DNA of 64,000 nt from an uncultured Clostridia bacterium. Lineage in GTDB: Bacteria > Bacillota > Clostridia > Oscillospirales > Acutalibacteraceae. Location: the NCBI GenBank assembly GCA_947652665.1, contig CANTDZ010000001.1, positions 67 through 64,066 of the forward strand. Direction: 5' to 3'. Both the position numbers and the translations under genes were made by a program. Under the pieces are notes generated by a model. That model was given only the letters and a program-made list of their open reading frames with translations. It made no database searches and was not told the DNA's origin. Shown here piece after piece: positions 8,544 through 20,480 of this stretch (its first letter is position 1; every line of letters begins with the position of its first letter).

Positions 8544-9754
8544 GTGCGGTAATCCCCGTTTATCTTTACATAATCATAGGTCAGGTCACAGCCATAGGCC
8601 TCTGCTATGGCGCTGCCCCCATGGAGTTCTACCAAAATCCCGATCTCCTTCTCCCCCAGCACCTTGGCGGCCAGCTCCTCGGAGAAGTCAATCCCCCGGC
8701 CATTTTGGCACACATCCACGCGCCCTGCCGCTGACTGGAACGAAACGTCGATCTTATCCACATCGATGTCCGCCCCGCTGTAACCCAAAGCGCACAGCAC
8801 GCGGCCCCAGTTGGCGTCCGCGCCGAACATGGCGGCCTTGGTCAGATCCGAAGCAATGACGCTGCGCGCGCAAGTCCGGGCCGTATCTACCGAGTCCGCG
8901 CCCGACACCCGGCAGACCAAAAGCTTTGTGGCTCCCTCGCCGTCCCCGGCCAGCATTTTGGAGAGCTTCCGGGCCACGGTCTCCAGGCCGGCTGTGAAAG
9001 CGTTATAGTCGTCGTCTTCCTGGGAAATCTCCGGGTTCCCCGCCGCGCCGTTGGCCATGACTACAAAGGTATCGTTGGTGGAGGTGTCGCCGTCCACCGT
9101 GACCATGTTGAAGGTGTCGTCGGCCACGTCCTTGACTGCCTTTTGCAGCATGGCGTGGGCGATGGCGCAGTCGGAGGTGATGAAGCACAGCATGGTGGCC
9201 ATGTTGGGATGGATCATGCCGCTGCCCTTGGCGATGCCCCCAATGTGCACCGTTTTCCCGCCGACCTCTATCTCCACCGCCACTTCCTTCGCGAAGGTAT
9301 CCGTGGTCATGATGGCGTTGGCCGCCCGGCCCGAACCGTCCGGCGTCATGGAATCGGCCAGCTCCTGGGCCGCGCCCTCAATGGGCTCCAAAGGCAGCAC
9401 CTGGCCAATAACCCCGGTAGACGCCACGACCACGTCCTGGGGGTCGATCTTCAGCACGCCAGCGGCGATTTCGCACATCTTCCGAGCTTTCTCCACGCCG
9501 TCGGCGTTGCAGGTATTGGCGTTGCCCGAGTTGCAGATTACCGCGCGGGCTATGCCGTTTTGAATGTTCTCCCGGGTGACCAAAATCGGCGCACCCTTCA
9601 CCAGGTTTGTGGTGTACACGGCCGCTGTCGTGCAGGGACGTTCGCTGTAGATCATGGCCAGATCGGGCTTCGATTTATTCTTCCGGATGCCGCAATGCAC
9701 GCCCCCAGCCACGAACCCCTGGGCTGCGGTAACGCCGCCGTCAATCGTTTTCAT
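8540..9754 (-). CDS. argJ: Ornithine acetyltransferase/N-acetylglutamate synthase
   Basis: STGVIG, KGSGMIHPNMATML (autoprocessing Thr), DGDTSTND, DGEGATK, INGDYRT. Confidence 0.97.
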   Translation of the reverse strand: MKTIDGGVTAAQGFVAGGVHCGIRKNKSKPDLAMIYSERPCTTAAVYTTNLVKGAPILVTRENIQNGIARAVICNSGNANTCNADGVEKARKMCEIAAGVLKIDPQDVVVASTGVIGQVLPLEPIEGAAQELADSMTPDGSGRAANAIMTTDTFAKEVAVEIEVGGKTVHIGGIAKGSGMIHPNMATMLCFITSDCAIAHAMLQKAVKDVADDTFNMVTVDGDTSTNDTFVVMANGAAGNPEISQEDDDYNAFTAGLETVARKLSKMLAGDGEGATKLLVCRVSGADSVDTARTCARSVIASDLTKAAMFGADANWGRVLCALGYSGADIDVDKIDVSFQSAAGRVDVCQNGRGIDFSEELAAKVLGEKEIGILVELHGGSAIAEAYGCDLTYDYVKINGDYRT

Positions 9755-9782
9755 GTTCATACCCCTTGTCATAAAAATTTTA

Positions 9783-10823
9783 TCAGAACGCCGGAGGCAG
9801 CAGCACAAGCCCCGCCGTCTCCTCCAGCCCAAAGCTCAAGTTCATATTCTGTATAGCCTGCCCGGCCGCGCCCTTGACCATATTGTCGATGGCCGAAATG
9901 GCCACGAATGTACCCGTGCGCCCGTCCACGAACAGGGACACATCGCAGAAATTGGTGTAGTGGACGTTCTTTACATTGGCCACCCGGCCCTCCGGCAGCA
10001 GCCGCACAAAGAATTCACTGTCGTAACGGCTGTGGTAGGCCTGCCAAAGCTGCTCCTTGGTCACGCCGGGCTTGAGCCTGGCATAGCACGTGGCTAAAAT
10101 CCCCCGGTTGATGGGCAGCAGATGAGGCACGAACGTGACCTTCACATCCTGCCCAGTAAGCTTTGACAGCGTCTGCTCAATCTCCGGCGTATGGCGGTGA
10201 TTGGCTACCTTATAAGCGGTAAAGCTCTCGTTGAGCTCCGGGTAGTGGTTCGATTGCACCGGCTTTCTGCCGGCCCCCGTAACACCCGACTTGCAGTCGC
10301 ACACGATACCGGCTGTCTCCACGAGGCCCTGCTCCAGCGCCGGGGCCAAAGCCAGAGGCACCGCCGTGGTGTAGCAGCCCGGGTTGGCAATGAGCTTTTG
10401 CCCTTTGATCTTCTCCCGGAAAAACTCCGGCAGGCCATACACGGCTTTTTCATGCAGGGCCTTGTCGGTGTACTCGCCGCCGTACCACTCTTTGTAAGCG
10501 GACTCGTCCTCCAGGCGGAAGTCCGCGCCCATGTCGATGAAGCACTTGCCCAGCCGGTCGCACTCTGCCGCCAGCTCTTGGGACAGCCCGTGGGGCAGCG
10601 CCGCAAAAATTACATCGGACTTCTCCACCACTTCCTCCTGCGTCCCGCAGACCATGTCCTGCAAGCCGTAATACGCCGGGTACACCTGGGAAAGCGCCAT
10701 GCCTTCAAAGCTCACCGAGCTGATGGCCGCCAGCTCTGCCTCCGGGTGGGCAAACAGCAGCCGGCAGATCTCGCTTCCGGCGTAGCCTGTAGCGCCTACC
10801 ACGCCAGCTTTTATTTTACTCAT
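9783..10823 (-). CDS. argC: N-acetyl-gamma-glutamyl-phosphate reductase
   Basis: GATGYAG, ANPGCY, SGVTGAGR, HRHTPEI, DNMVKGAAGQA. Confidence 0.97.
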   Translation of the reverse strand: MSKIKAGVVGATGYAGSEICRLLFAHPEAELAAISSVSFEGMALSQVYPAYYGLQDMVCGTQEEVVEKSDVIFAALPHGLSQELAAECDRLGKCFIDMGADFRLEDESAYKEWYGGEYTDKALHEKAVYGLPEFFREKIKGQKLIANPGCYTTAVPLALAPALEQGLVETAGIVCDCKSGVTGAGRKPVQSNHYPELNESFTAYKVANHRHTPEIEQTLSKLTGQDVKVTFVPHLLPINRGILATCYARLKPGVTKEQLWQAYHSRYDSEFFVRLLPEGRVANVKNVHYTNFCDVSLFVDGRTGTFVAISAIDNMVKGAAGQAIQNMNLSFGLEETAGLVLLPPAF

Positions 10824-12205
10824 GCTTCTGCCTCCTTCAAAATACCCAGCACCCGCTGTGCCTGGGCCCTTACATTTTCCGGCGCGGGGCCGCCTAAGAC
10901 CTTGCGCCCTTCCACGCAGCGCTCCAGGGAAATGGCCTCGTACACGCCCTCGTCAAAGTCCCCGCAGACCTGCTTGTACTCTTCCAAGGGCAGGGTTTCC
11001 AGGGTCAGGTTTTTCTGTATGCAAAGGGCCACCAGCTCGCCGGTAATCTTATACGCGTCCCGGAACGGCAGGCCCTTCTCCGCCACCAGATAGTCCGCGC
11101 AGTCGGTAGCGTTGATGAAGCCTCGGGCGGCGGCATTGCGCATATTGTCCTCCAAAACGGTCATGGTCTCCAGCATGGGGATCAGGGGCGTCAGGCACAG
11201 CTTCAGCGTGTCCACCGCGTCGAAGACGGCCTCCTTGTCCTCCTGCATATCCTTGTTGTAGGCCAAGGGCAGGCCCTTCATCATCGTGAGCAGCCCCATC
11301 AGGTCGCCAAACACCCGGCCGCTTTTGCCGCGTATCAGCTCGGCCAAATCCGGGTTCTTCTTCTGGGGCATGATGCTGGAGCCCGTAGAAAACGCGTCGT
11401 CCAGTTCAATGAACTTATACTCCCATGAGCACCACAGCACGATCTCCTCGCACAGCCGGGACAAATGCACCATGGCCATGGAAACCGCAAAGGCGATCTC
11501 CGCGCAAAAATCCCGGTCGGACACGCCGTCCAGGCTGTTCTGGCTGACCTGGGAGAACCCCAGCAGCCGGGCCGTGAGTTCCCGGTCGAGAGGGTATGTC
11601 GTCCCGGCCAGGGCGCCGCTGCCCAGGGGCATGACGTCCATGCGCTTTAAGGCATCGTGAAAGCGCCCCAAGTCCCGCAGGAGCATCTCGGCGTAAGCCA
11701 TCAGATGGTGCCCAAAGGTGATGGGCTGCGCCCTCTGCAAATGGGTGTACCCCGGCATGACCGCCCCCGCGTGCTGCTGGGCCTTCTGGCACAGCACCGT
11801 AATGAGCTCTTTTATCTGCGAAATAAGCCCCGCGCAGTCCTCCCGCAGGGTCATGCGGACGTCCAGCGCCACCTGGTCGTTGCGGCTGCGGGCAGTGTGC
11901 AGGCGCTTGCCCGTGTCGCCCAGGCGCTTGGTGAGCTCGCCTTCGATAAAGGTGTGGATGTCCTCCGCGTCCGGGTCGATGAGCAGTGCGCCGCTGTCAA
12001 TGTCCGCGCGGATGGCCTTGAGGCCCTCTCCTATTTTTTCGCTCTCGGCTTTTTCGATGATGCCGCATTCCCCCAGCATGGCCGCGTGGGCGATGCTCCC
12101 CTGGATGTCCTGCTTGTACATCCGGCTGTCGATGGAGATGCTGGAGTTAAAATCGTTGGTTTTGGGGTCGGCCTCCTTTTGGAAGCGGCCTTTCCAGAGC
12201 TTCAT
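10820..12205 (-). CDS. argH: Argininosuccinate lyase
   Basis: MKLWKGRF, HTARSRNDQV, GYTHLQRAQP, GSSIMPQKKNPD. Confidence 0.97.
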   Translation of the reverse strand: MKLWKGRFQKEADPKTNDFNSSISIDSRMYKQDIQGSIAHAAMLGECGIIEKAESEKIGEGLKAIRADIDSGALLIDPDAEDIHTFIEGELTKRLGDTGKRLHTARSRNDQVALDVRMTLREDCAGLISQIKELITVLCQKAQQHAGAVMPGYTHLQRAQPITFGHHLMAYAEMLLRDLGRFHDALKRMDVMPLGSGALAGTTYPLDRELTARLLGFSQVSQNSLDGVSDRDFCAEIAFAVSMAMVHLSRLCEEIVLWCSWEYKFIELDDAFSTGSSIMPQKKNPDLAELIRGKSGRVFGDLMGLLTMMKGLPLAYNKDMQEDKEAVFDAVDTLKLCLTPLIPMLETMTVLEDNMRNAAARGFINATDCADYLVAEKGLPFRDAYKITGELVALCIQKNLTLETLPLEEYKQVCGDFDEGVYEAISLERCVEGRKVLGGPAPENVRAQAQRVLGILKEAEA

Positions 12206-12280
12206 TTGCTTGCACTCCTTTTTGAAAGGGAAAGGCACTGCGGGGCCCCCACAGTGCTTTTCCGATCTATTCACATTGCT

Positions 12281-13507
12281 TTACTTGTCGTAAGTCAGCC
12301 CTTTCTTGGCCTGCACCTTGATGGGCAGCCCGAACAGATTGATGAACCCGGCGGAATCGGCCTGGTTGTACACCTCGTCCTCGTCAAAGGTGGCAATCTC
12401 CTCGTCGTACAGCGAGTAGGGGCTGGTGACGCCTGCGTCGATGATGTTTCCCTTATACAGCTTGAGCTTCACATCGCCGGTGACGGTCTCCTGGGTGGAG
12501 TCCACAAACGCGGAGAGCGCCTGCCGCAGGGGGGTGTACCACTGGCCGTTGTAGACCAGGTCGGCAAACTTCAAAGCCACCTGCTGCTTATAGTGGTAGG
12601 TCTCCTTGTCCAGGCACAGCTCCTCCAGCTTGTTATGGGCGTGGTACAGGATGGTGCCGCCGGGAGTCTCGTAAACGCCCCGGGACTTCATGCCTACCAG
12701 GCGGTTCTCGATGATGTCCGCCAAGCCGATGCCGTTCTCGCCGCCCAGCTTGTTCAGCGCCTCGACCATAGCCGCGCCGCCCAGCTCCTTGCCGTCCAAA
12801 GATGTGGGCACGCCCTTCTCAAAGTGCAAGGTGATGGTGGTGGGCACATCGGGGGCCTGCAGGGGGGACACGCCCAGCTCCAGGAACCCAGGCTTCTCGT
12901 ACATGGGCTCATTGGCGGGGTCCTCCAGATCCAAGCCTTCATGAGACAGGTGCCACAGGTTCTTGTCTTTGGAATAGTTGGTCTCCCGGCTGATCTTCAG
13001 GGGGATGTTGTGGGCCTCAGCGTACTCAATCTCCTCCTCGCGGGACTTGATGTCCCAAATGCGCCAGGGGGCAATGATCGTCATGTCCGGCGCATAAGCC
13101 TTAATGGCCAGCTCAAAACGTACCTGGTCGTTGCCCTTTCCGGTGCAGCCGTGGCAGATGGCGTCCGCGCCCTCTTTCTTGGCGATCTCTACAATGCCCT
13201 TGGCAATGATGGGCCGGGCAAAGGAGGTGCCCAGCAGGTACTTGTTCTCATAAACAGCCCCGGCCTTCACGGTGGGGTACACGTAATCGGTGACGAATTC
13301 CTCTTTCAAATCCAGCACGTACAGCTTGGAAGCGCCGGTCTTCTTGGCCTTTTCCTCCAGGCCGTCCAGCTCGGTGCCCTGCCCCACGTCGCCCGAAACG
13401 GCGATGACTTCGCAATTATTATAGTTTTCCTTGAGCCAGGGGATGATGATCGAAGTATCCAAGCCCCCGGAATAAGCCAACACAACTTTTTTGATTTCCT
13501 TAGCCAT
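12281..13507 (-). CDS. argG: Argininosuccinate synthase
   Basis: [34 protein letters not shown]. Confidence 0.98.
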   Translation of the reverse strand: MAKEIKKVVLAYSGGLDTSIIIPWLKENYNNCEVIAVSGDVGQGTELDGLEEKAKKTGASKLYVLDLKEEFVTDYVYPTVKAGAVYENKYLLGTSFARPIIAKGIVEIAKKEGADAICHGCTGKGNDQVRFELAIKAYAPDMTIIAPWRIWDIKSREEEIEYAEAHNIPLKISRETNYSKDKNLWHLSHEGLDLEDPANEPMYEKPGFLELGVSPLQAPDVPTTITLHFEKGVPTSLDGKELGGAAMVEALNKLGGENGIGLADIIENRLVGMKSRGVYETPGGTILYHAHNKLEELCLDKETYHYKQQVALKFADLVYNGQWYTPLRQALSAFVDSTQETVTGDVKLKLYKGNIIDAGVTSPYSLYDEEIATFDEDEVYNQADSAGFINLFGLPIKVQAKKGLTYDK

Positions 13508-13557
13508 AAAGCAACTTCCTTTCGTTTGCGCGATTCACTTTCCAATTGACAGTCCCT

Positions 13558-13607
13558 ATTATACACCTTCTGCGGGAAAAATCAAGGGGTAAATGTATAT
13601 TTATGCA
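13558..13607 (-). promoter_or_regulatory. arg operon promoter with an ARG box (ArgR/AhrC operator)
   Basis: Minus strand TTGATT-16-TATAAT (13585-13558). TGTATATTTATGCA at 13594-13607 matches TGAATWWWWATTCA with 2 mismatches. Further TGCATA half-sites near 13715-13732. Confidence 0.6.
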
Positions 13608-13615
13608 TCGTTTTT

Positions 13616-13655
13616 GAAAAAAAGATGGATAGAGCAGAAAGCTCTGCACTATCCA
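13616..13655 (-). terminator. Intrinsic terminator after the DUF998-like gene
   Basis: TGGATAGTGCAGA-GCTT-TCTGCTCTATCCA followed by TCTTTTTTT on the minus strand. Confidence 0.7.
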
Positions 13656-13711
13656 CAGGTTTTTCTAGTTTATTTGCACAAAGGGTTGCGCGGCAGATTT
13701 TTGGATATACA

Positions 13712-14344
13712 TTATATGCAGGATTTTATGCATTCAAAAACCCTGCACGAAAGCGGCACATACATGAAGAATAGGGCAAGCCTCTGCCACAAGCCCTCCT
13801 GGGCCAGCGGACTGCCCTGGAACTCCGGCTTATCCGCCATCACAAAGCAGGCGAAGAAGCCCAGCGCCAGCAGGAACGCCCCCAGGTTCACCCAGGCAAG
13901 CGCCGCCCGCCCTTGGGTGAACCCCGCTATGGCTTCCAACAGGGGGTAGAACAGCAGGGCCATAAACCCCACGGCCGCGCCTGCCCCGTGGATTTTTGCC
14001 GCCGTTGTTTGCTCCTCCTTCGTCTCCCCCACGCTGAACAAACCTGCCAGCAAACCGGCTCCCACAGCGAACACGCCCAGGCTTGCCAGCCGCAGTACGG
14101 ACAGTACAGGAGCCCCCGGAAAGTCTGCGCGGAAAAAGGAGAACGCCGCTACCAGCAGGAAGCCGCCCAGCCAGAGTAGCCAAAGGTTGTACAGACGGCG
14201 CACCGGGCTCTTGGGGTTGCCCAGGGCGCTCATGACCATCTGCCTGCTATCGTATCCCGGGTAGAATTTTGCCAGCACCCAGGGCAGCAGGAATTCCCCC
14301 GCCACCGTTCCCAACAGAAGCCAGGGCAGAAGCCTCTCACCCAT
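13712..14344 (-). CDS. DUF998-like multi-pass membrane protein
   Basis: YPGYDSRQMVMSALG, KIHGAGAAVGF, EGLWQRL; start overlaps the hflX end. Confidence 0.75.
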   Translation of the reverse strand: MGERLLPWLLLGTVAGEFLLPWVLAKFYPGYDSRQMVMSALGNPKSPVRRLYNLWLLWLGGFLLVAAFSFFRADFPGAPVLSVLRLASLGVFAVGAGLLAGLFSVGETKEEQTTAAKIHGAGAAVGFMALLFYPLLEAIAGFTQGRAALAWVNLGAFLLALGFFACFVMADKPEFQGSPLAQEGLWQRLALFFMYVPLSCRVFECIKSCI

Positions 14345-15617
14345 CCACTTCTCCTTTCGGGGCCGTGTCGAAGTCCCGCACCTGCCCGTAAAGCCTCTCA
14401 TCTACCCGGGCCGTGACCTTCAGCCCCTCCGGCACATACTCTTCGCAGAGCACCGCGCCGTCCTCCCGAAGCTTGGCCGCCAGGCCGCTCTTGGCAAAGG
14501 GGAACAGCAGCTCCACCTCAAACATCTTCTCCGGCAGGTTCTCCTCGATGGCCTGCAAAAGCTCGTCCACGCCTTCGCCCGTGAGCGCGCTCAGATGCAC
14601 AGCCCCCGGCAGGCGCGGGGCCAAGGAACGGTCGGCCACGGCGTCCCACTTGTTCAGCACGGGGATCACCGGCCGCCCGGCGCTGCCCAGCTCCTGCAAA
14701 AGCTGTTCGGTCACGGCCAGATGCTCCCGGGCCTCCGGGGAGCTGGCGTCGCAGATGTTCAGCAGGATATCCGCCGTAGCCGCCTGCTCCAGGGTCGACT
14801 TGAACGCCTCCACCAAATGGTGCGGCAGGCGACGCAGCAGGCCCACTGTGTCGATAAGCATCACCGTCTTGCCCCCCGGTAGCTTGAGGGCCCGGGCCGT
14901 GGGGTCCAGGGTGGCAAAAAGCTTGTCTTCGGCCAGCACGCCAGCTTGGGTCAGACGGTTCATCAGCGTGCTTTTCCCGGCGTTGGTGTACCCCACCAGC
15001 GCCACGGTGACCGTCCCGTTCTTTCGCCGCCTCTTGTCAATGACCGCCCGGGACGCTTCCACTTGCTTGAGCTGTTCTTTCAAGCTGCCAATGCGCCGCC
15101 GGATGTGGCGCCGGTCGGTCTCCAGCTTGGTTTCGCCGGGCCCTCTGGTCCCAATGCCGCCGCCCAGACGGGACAGCGCCGTCCCCTGCCCCGCAAGCCT
15201 GGGCAGCATATAGCGCAGCTGGGCAAGCTCCACCTGCAGCTTGCCTTCCTTACTGCGGGCCCGCAGCGCAAAAATATCCAGGATGAGCATCGTCCGGTCA
15301 ATGACCCGCACCCCGCACAGCTTCTCCAGGTTGCGGATCTGCGTGGGGCTCAGCTCCCGGTCGAAGATGACCAGATCCAATTCCTCGCGCCTTACCAGGT
15401 CCCCGGCCTCCTCAGCCATGCCCGACCCCAGGCAGGTGGCCGTGTCCGGCGAAGGCCGCTTCTGGGTCAGGAAAAAGGCTGGCTCGGCCCCGGCGCTGCG
15501 GGTCAGCTCACTGAGCTCGGCCAAAGAAGCCTCCTGGTCAAACTCCCCCGTGTCGACCCCCACTAAAAGTGCCCTTTGGGGGCGTTCCTCATTTACAAAC
15601 AGTTCGTGTTCTGCCAT
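14337..15617 (-). CDS. hflX: GTPase HflX
   Basis: QVELAQLRY, GTRGPGETKLETDRR, VGYTNAGKST, LFATLDPT, DTVG, NKWD. Confidence 0.96.
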   Translation of the reverse strand: MAEHELFVNEERPQRALLVGVDTGEFDQEASLAELSELTRSAGAEPAFFLTQKRPSPDTATCLGSGMAEEAGDLVRREELDLVIFDRELSPTQIRNLEKLCGVRVIDRTMLILDIFALRARSKEGKLQVELAQLRYMLPRLAGQGTALSRLGGGIGTRGPGETKLETDRRHIRRRIGSLKEQLKQVEASRAVIDKRRRKNGTVTVALVGYTNAGKSTLMNRLTQAGVLAEDKLFATLDPTARALKLPGGKTVMLIDTVGLLRRLPHHLVEAFKSTLEQAATADILLNICDASSPEAREHLAVTEQLLQELGSAGRPVIPVLNKWDAVADRSLAPRLPGAVHLSALTGEGVDELLQAIEENLPEKMFEVELLFPFAKSGLAAKLREDGAVLCEEYVPEGLKVTARVDERLYGQVRDFDTAPKGEVDG

Positions 15618-16492
15618 CAAATATTCCCTTTCAGCAGCTCCGGCTGCATCTCCATGATAAAGTCCAGCAGTTTCCGCTGGTCTGTGCATTCGGCGTTGGT
15701 GCAGATCACCGCGTCCACCTCCGGGAACACGATGGCATACTGCCCATACTTTCCGTCCGCACGGTAGGAATCCCGTTCCCCGCGCCAGAACAGGTAGCCA
15801 TACCCCTGCTCCCCATTCTCAATCTGCTTCTTCGCGGCCTCGGCCAGGTAATCAGACGGCACCAGCGAACGGCCTTCCCACTGGCCGTTCTGCAGCAGCA
15901 GGCGGCCGAATTTCAGCAGTTCGCTAACGCACAGGAACAGCCCGCCTGCGCCAAACGTAAAGCCCTGGGGATCGGTCTCCCATGTGGGCCGCTGGATGCC
16001 CATAGGCTTAAACAGGCGCGGCGTCAAGTAGCTGACCAGGTCGCACCCGGCGCGCCTTTGCACCAGCACTCCGGCCAAATACGGCCCTACATTATTATAC
16101 ACGAATTTTTCCCCCGGCGCGTATTCAAACGGCAGCGACAGCGAATATTTTACCCAGTCCTCCTGGAGGAACGGCCGCTGCTCACCCATCAAGAACCCCT
16201 TGCTTTGCCCCAGCCCCATGGTCAGTAGGTCACGCACCGTGGCCTTTTGCAGGTTTTCGCCAGGCTCGGCGGGGACGTCCTCTTTGAACGCATCCACCAA
16301 TTTCTCGTCCAGCGACAGCAAGCCCTCCTTCTGGGCGATGCCCACGGCCACGCTGGTAAAGCTCTTGCTGGCCGAATACTGGTTGCGCCGCATCTCCCCG
16401 TCGTAATCCTTCGCAAGTTTGAGCTCCCCGCCCTTCCAAACCCGCAGGTTCAGCAGGCGTAATTCTTTGGCTTTTGTATCGAAGTTTTCCAT
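15617..16492 (-). CDS. Serine hydrolase, beta-lactamase class C-like family
   Basis: SASK (SxxK), FVYNN (YxN), RADGKYGQY; TGATG coupling to hflX. Confidence 0.88.
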   Translation of the reverse strand: MENFDTKAKELRLLNLRVWKGGELKLAKDYDGEMRRNQYSASKSFTSVAVGIAQKEGLLSLDEKLVDAFKEDVPAEPGENLQKATVRDLLTMGLGQSKGFLMGEQRPFLQEDWVKYSLSLPFEYAPGEKFVYNNVGPYLAGVLVQRRAGCDLVSYLTPRLFKPMGIQRPTWETDPQGFTFGAGGLFLCVSELLKFGRLLLQNGQWEGRSLVPSDYLAEAAKKQIENGEQGYGYLFWRGERDSYRADGKYGQYAIVFPEVDAVICTNAECTDQRKLLDFIMEMQPELLKGNI

Positions 16493-16513
16493 AATGATAC
16501 CCCTTCCTTTTGA

Positions 16514-16552
16514 AAAATGGGCCGCCTCCACTTGCGGGAAACGGCCCATTTT
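16514..16552 (-). terminator. Hairpin downstream of groEL
   Basis: AAAATGGGCCG...CGGCCCATTTT inverted repeat. Confidence 0.7.
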
Positions 16553-16568
16553 ATAGTCACAATAAATT

Positions 16569-18200
<1,632 letters not shown>

Positions 18201-18229
18201 TCAATTCCTTTCCAAAATCGTTATAATGA

Positions 18230-18517
18230 TTAGTCCTCAACTACAGCCAGGATATCCGACTGCTTGACGATGGTGTACTCCTCGCCGTCGATCTTGACCT
18301 CGGTGCCGGTATACTTGGCGGAGATCACCCGGTCGCCCTCCTTGAGGTACATCTTGATTTCCTTGCCGTCCACCTCGCCGCCGGGGCCCACGGCCACTAC
18401 ACGGGCGATCTGGGGCTTCTCCTGACTCTTAGCAGCCAGCACGATGCCGCTCTTTGTAGTCTCTTCGGCCTCCTCGGCCTTGATCAGCACACGGTCCAAA
18501 AGAGGTTTAACAGTCAT
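18230..18517 (-). CDS. groS: Co-chaperonin GroES
   Basis: VKPLLDRVLI, ETTKSGIVL, AVGPG, DILAVVE. Confidence 0.98.
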   Translation of the reverse strand: MTVKPLLDRVLIKAEEAEETTKSGIVLAAKSQEKPQIARVVAVGPGGEVDGKEIKMYLKEGDRVISAKYTGTEVKIDGEEYTIVKQSDILAVVED

Positions 18518-18650
18518 ATTCGTTCACCTTCCGGCCCAAGATTATGTTGCGGGCCGATCCCTTTCTCCCCGGCTTTATCGTTTCCGCGCCCCCGGGGACA
18601 GCGCTGAAACCGCAGTTGCCTGCGAAAATATTACCTAACAAAAGTATGTG

Positions 18651-18677
18651 TTAGCACTCAAAGCTCTCAAGTGCTAA
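18651..18677 (-). promoter_or_regulatory. CIRCE element (HrcA operator)
   Basis: TTAGCACTC-N9-AAGTGCTAA, one mismatch to consensus. Confidence 0.92.
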
Positions 18678-18682
18678 CACAT

Positions 18683-18711
18683 ATTCTAATCACATGGTCA
18701 GGAAAAGTCAA
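18683..18711 (-). promoter_or_regulatory. groESL sigmaA promoter
   Basis: TTGACT-17-TAGAAT immediately upstream of CIRCE. Confidence 0.75.
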
Positions 18712-18767
18712 GACCCTTTCCCAACTTTTTTGACTTTTAACAAATCCTTCATATTTGCCTGCCATTT

Positions 18768-19886
18768 TCACTTAAAATACTGGTAAAACTGGCACTTGAT
18801 CATCCCATTATAAAGCTTCCGCCGCTTGTCAGCCCTGCGCCCGAACAGCTCCTCGAACTCCTCCTCCGGCGTGATGATGCCATAGCTCCACCCGCGCTTG
18901 CGCTCAAAGACCCGCCCCATCACCCGGCACAGGCCCCGCGCCGCCTCGGCGTCCAGCAGGCGCTCGCCGTAGGGAGGATTGCAGACCACGCAGCCGTATT
19001 GGCTCCCGCCGTCAAAGTCTGCGATGTCCCGCACCGCTGTCCTCATCTGCCCGGCGACCCCGGCCCTTCTGGCGTTTTCCATGGCCAGCTCCACGGCTTC
19101 CGGGTCGATATCAAAACCCTCGGCTGAAAAAGCGTCCCCCGGCAAAACCAGCTCCCGGGCGGCCAAGCGCTCCTCCTTCCACGCAGCCTTGTTCGAGCCT
19201 GCCCAGCTTTCGCACATAAACCGCCTGCCCAGCCCCGGAGCCATCTTCCGCGCCAGCATGGCAGCCTCGATGAGCAAAGTGCCAGACCCGCAGAAGGGGT
19301 CGATGAAATGCCCATCCGTGCGCACCCGCGCCAGCATGACCAGCGCCGCCGCCAAAGTCTCTTTGATGGGCGCCTGGGTCGACGCCGGCCGGTAGCCCCT
19401 TTTGTGCAGCCCGGCCCCCGACGCGTCCACCATGACGCTCACCTTGTCCTTCAAAATCCGGAACCGCACCCGGTACAGCGGCCCCGTCTCCTCGAACCAC
19501 GACACGTGGTAATGCCCCGCCATCCTCTCTACAATGGCTTTCTTGATGATGGCCTGGCAGTCCGGCACGCTGTGCAGCTGGCTGTTCAGGCTGGCCCCGC
19601 TGACAGGGAACTCCGCGTCCACCGGCAGCAGCGCCTCCCAAGGTAGCGCGCACACCCCCTGGAAAAGCTCCTCGAAGCTTCGTGCTTCGAACTCCCCCAG
19701 AAGCACCAGCACCCGCTCCGCACACCGCAAGCGCAGATTGGCCCGGGCCAGGGCCCTCTCATCGCCCTCAAACAGTACCCGGCCGTTCTGGGCCTCTACG
19801 CCTTCTATCCCCATGTCCCGCAGTTCCTGGGCCACCAGGCCCTCCAGCCCCAGCAGGCACGGGGCGCAAAACCTCCACTTGGCCAT
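18768..19886 (-). CDS. THUMP-domain class I SAM-dependent rRNA methyltransferase (RlmL/YpsC-like)
   Basis: LHKRGYR, APIKETLAAALV, DPFCGSGTLLIEAA, CNPPYGERL. Confidence 0.92.
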   Translation of the reverse strand: MAKWRFCAPCLLGLEGLVAQELRDMGIEGVEAQNGRVLFEGDERALARANLRLRCAERVLVLLGEFEARSFEELFQGVCALPWEALLPVDAEFPVSGASLNSQLHSVPDCQAIIKKAIVERMAGHYHVSWFEETGPLYRVRFRILKDKVSVMVDASGAGLHKRGYRPASTQAPIKETLAAALVMLARVRTDGHFIDPFCGSGTLLIEAAMLARKMAPGLGRRFMCESWAGSNKAAWKEERLAARELVLPGDAFSAEGFDIDPEAVELAMENARRAGVAGQMRTAVRDIADFDGGSQYGCVVCNPPYGERLLDAEAARGLCRVMGRVFERKRGWSYGIITPEEEFEELFGRRADKRRKLYNGMIKCQFYQYFK

Positions 19887-19908
19887 TTTCCGCTCCTTTC
19901 CAAGCAAC

Positions 19909-19934
19909 AAAAAGGGAGGGCGTCACGCCCTCCC
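19909..19934 (-). terminator. hpf terminator
   Basis: GGGAGGGCG-TGA-CGCCCTCCC followed by TTTTT on the minus strand. Confidence 0.75.
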
Positions 19935-19952
19935 AAATAGGCAAATGTACTA

Positions 19953-20480
19953 TTATTTCCCTTCCGGCACCAGCAGGCCGTAATCGCCGTCCTTGCGGCG
20001 GTACACCACGTTGATCTCCCCGCTCTCGTCGTTGCGGAACATGAAGAAGGTGTGGTCCAGCATATTCATCTGCATCACGGCTTCCTCCGGCGTCATGACC
20101 TTCACGAAGAACGACTTGCTGCGGGTAATCTTGATGTCCTCGTCCGGCTCGTCGTAATAGTCGTCGGCAATGACAATGCCCGGGTCCATCTTCTTGGCCT
20201 TCTCCAGCCTGGTCTTGTTCCGCCGGATCTGCTTGCCCAGCGCGGCGACCACGTGGTCGAGGGCCTCGTTCATCTCCATGGCGGTATCCTCGGCGCGGCA
20301 GAGCATCCCCCGCTGCTTGATGGTGATTTCCACGGTCTGGCGGTTGCGCTCCACGGTGACGGTGACCACCGCCTCGGCATCGTCGTCAAAGATACGGTCG
20401 AACTTAGAAAGCTTCTTTTCCACGAGCTCTTTGAAATTGCTGCGCAGATTGACTTTTCTCCCCACGATGGTGATCTTCAT
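19953..20480 (-). CDS. hpf: Ribosome hibernation promoting factor, long form (RaiA/HPF)
   Basis: N-terminal KLSKFDRIF, QIRRNKTRL, C-terminal MTPEEAVMQMNMLDHTFFMF...VVYRRKDGDYGL; upstream TTGCAA-17-TACAAT at 20572-20544. Confidence 0.93.
   Translation of the reverse strand: MKITIVGRKVNLRSNFKELVEKKLSKFDRIFDDDAEAVVTVTVERNRQTVEITIKQRGMLCRAEDTAMEMNEALDHVVAALGKQIRRNKTRLEKAKKMDPGIVIADDYYDEPDEDIKITRSKSFFVKVMTPEEAVMQMNMLDHTFFMFRNDESGEINVVYRRKDGDYGLLVPEGK

Noticed and set aside
11657-13549. 630-aa plus-strand ORF
   Set aside because: Antisense to argH/argG, with composition typical of a shadow frame.
15617-16492. Calling the serine hydrolase a beta-lactamase resistance gene
   Set aside because: SxxK/YxN motifs are shared with esterases and peptidases. 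There is no signal peptide or mobile context.
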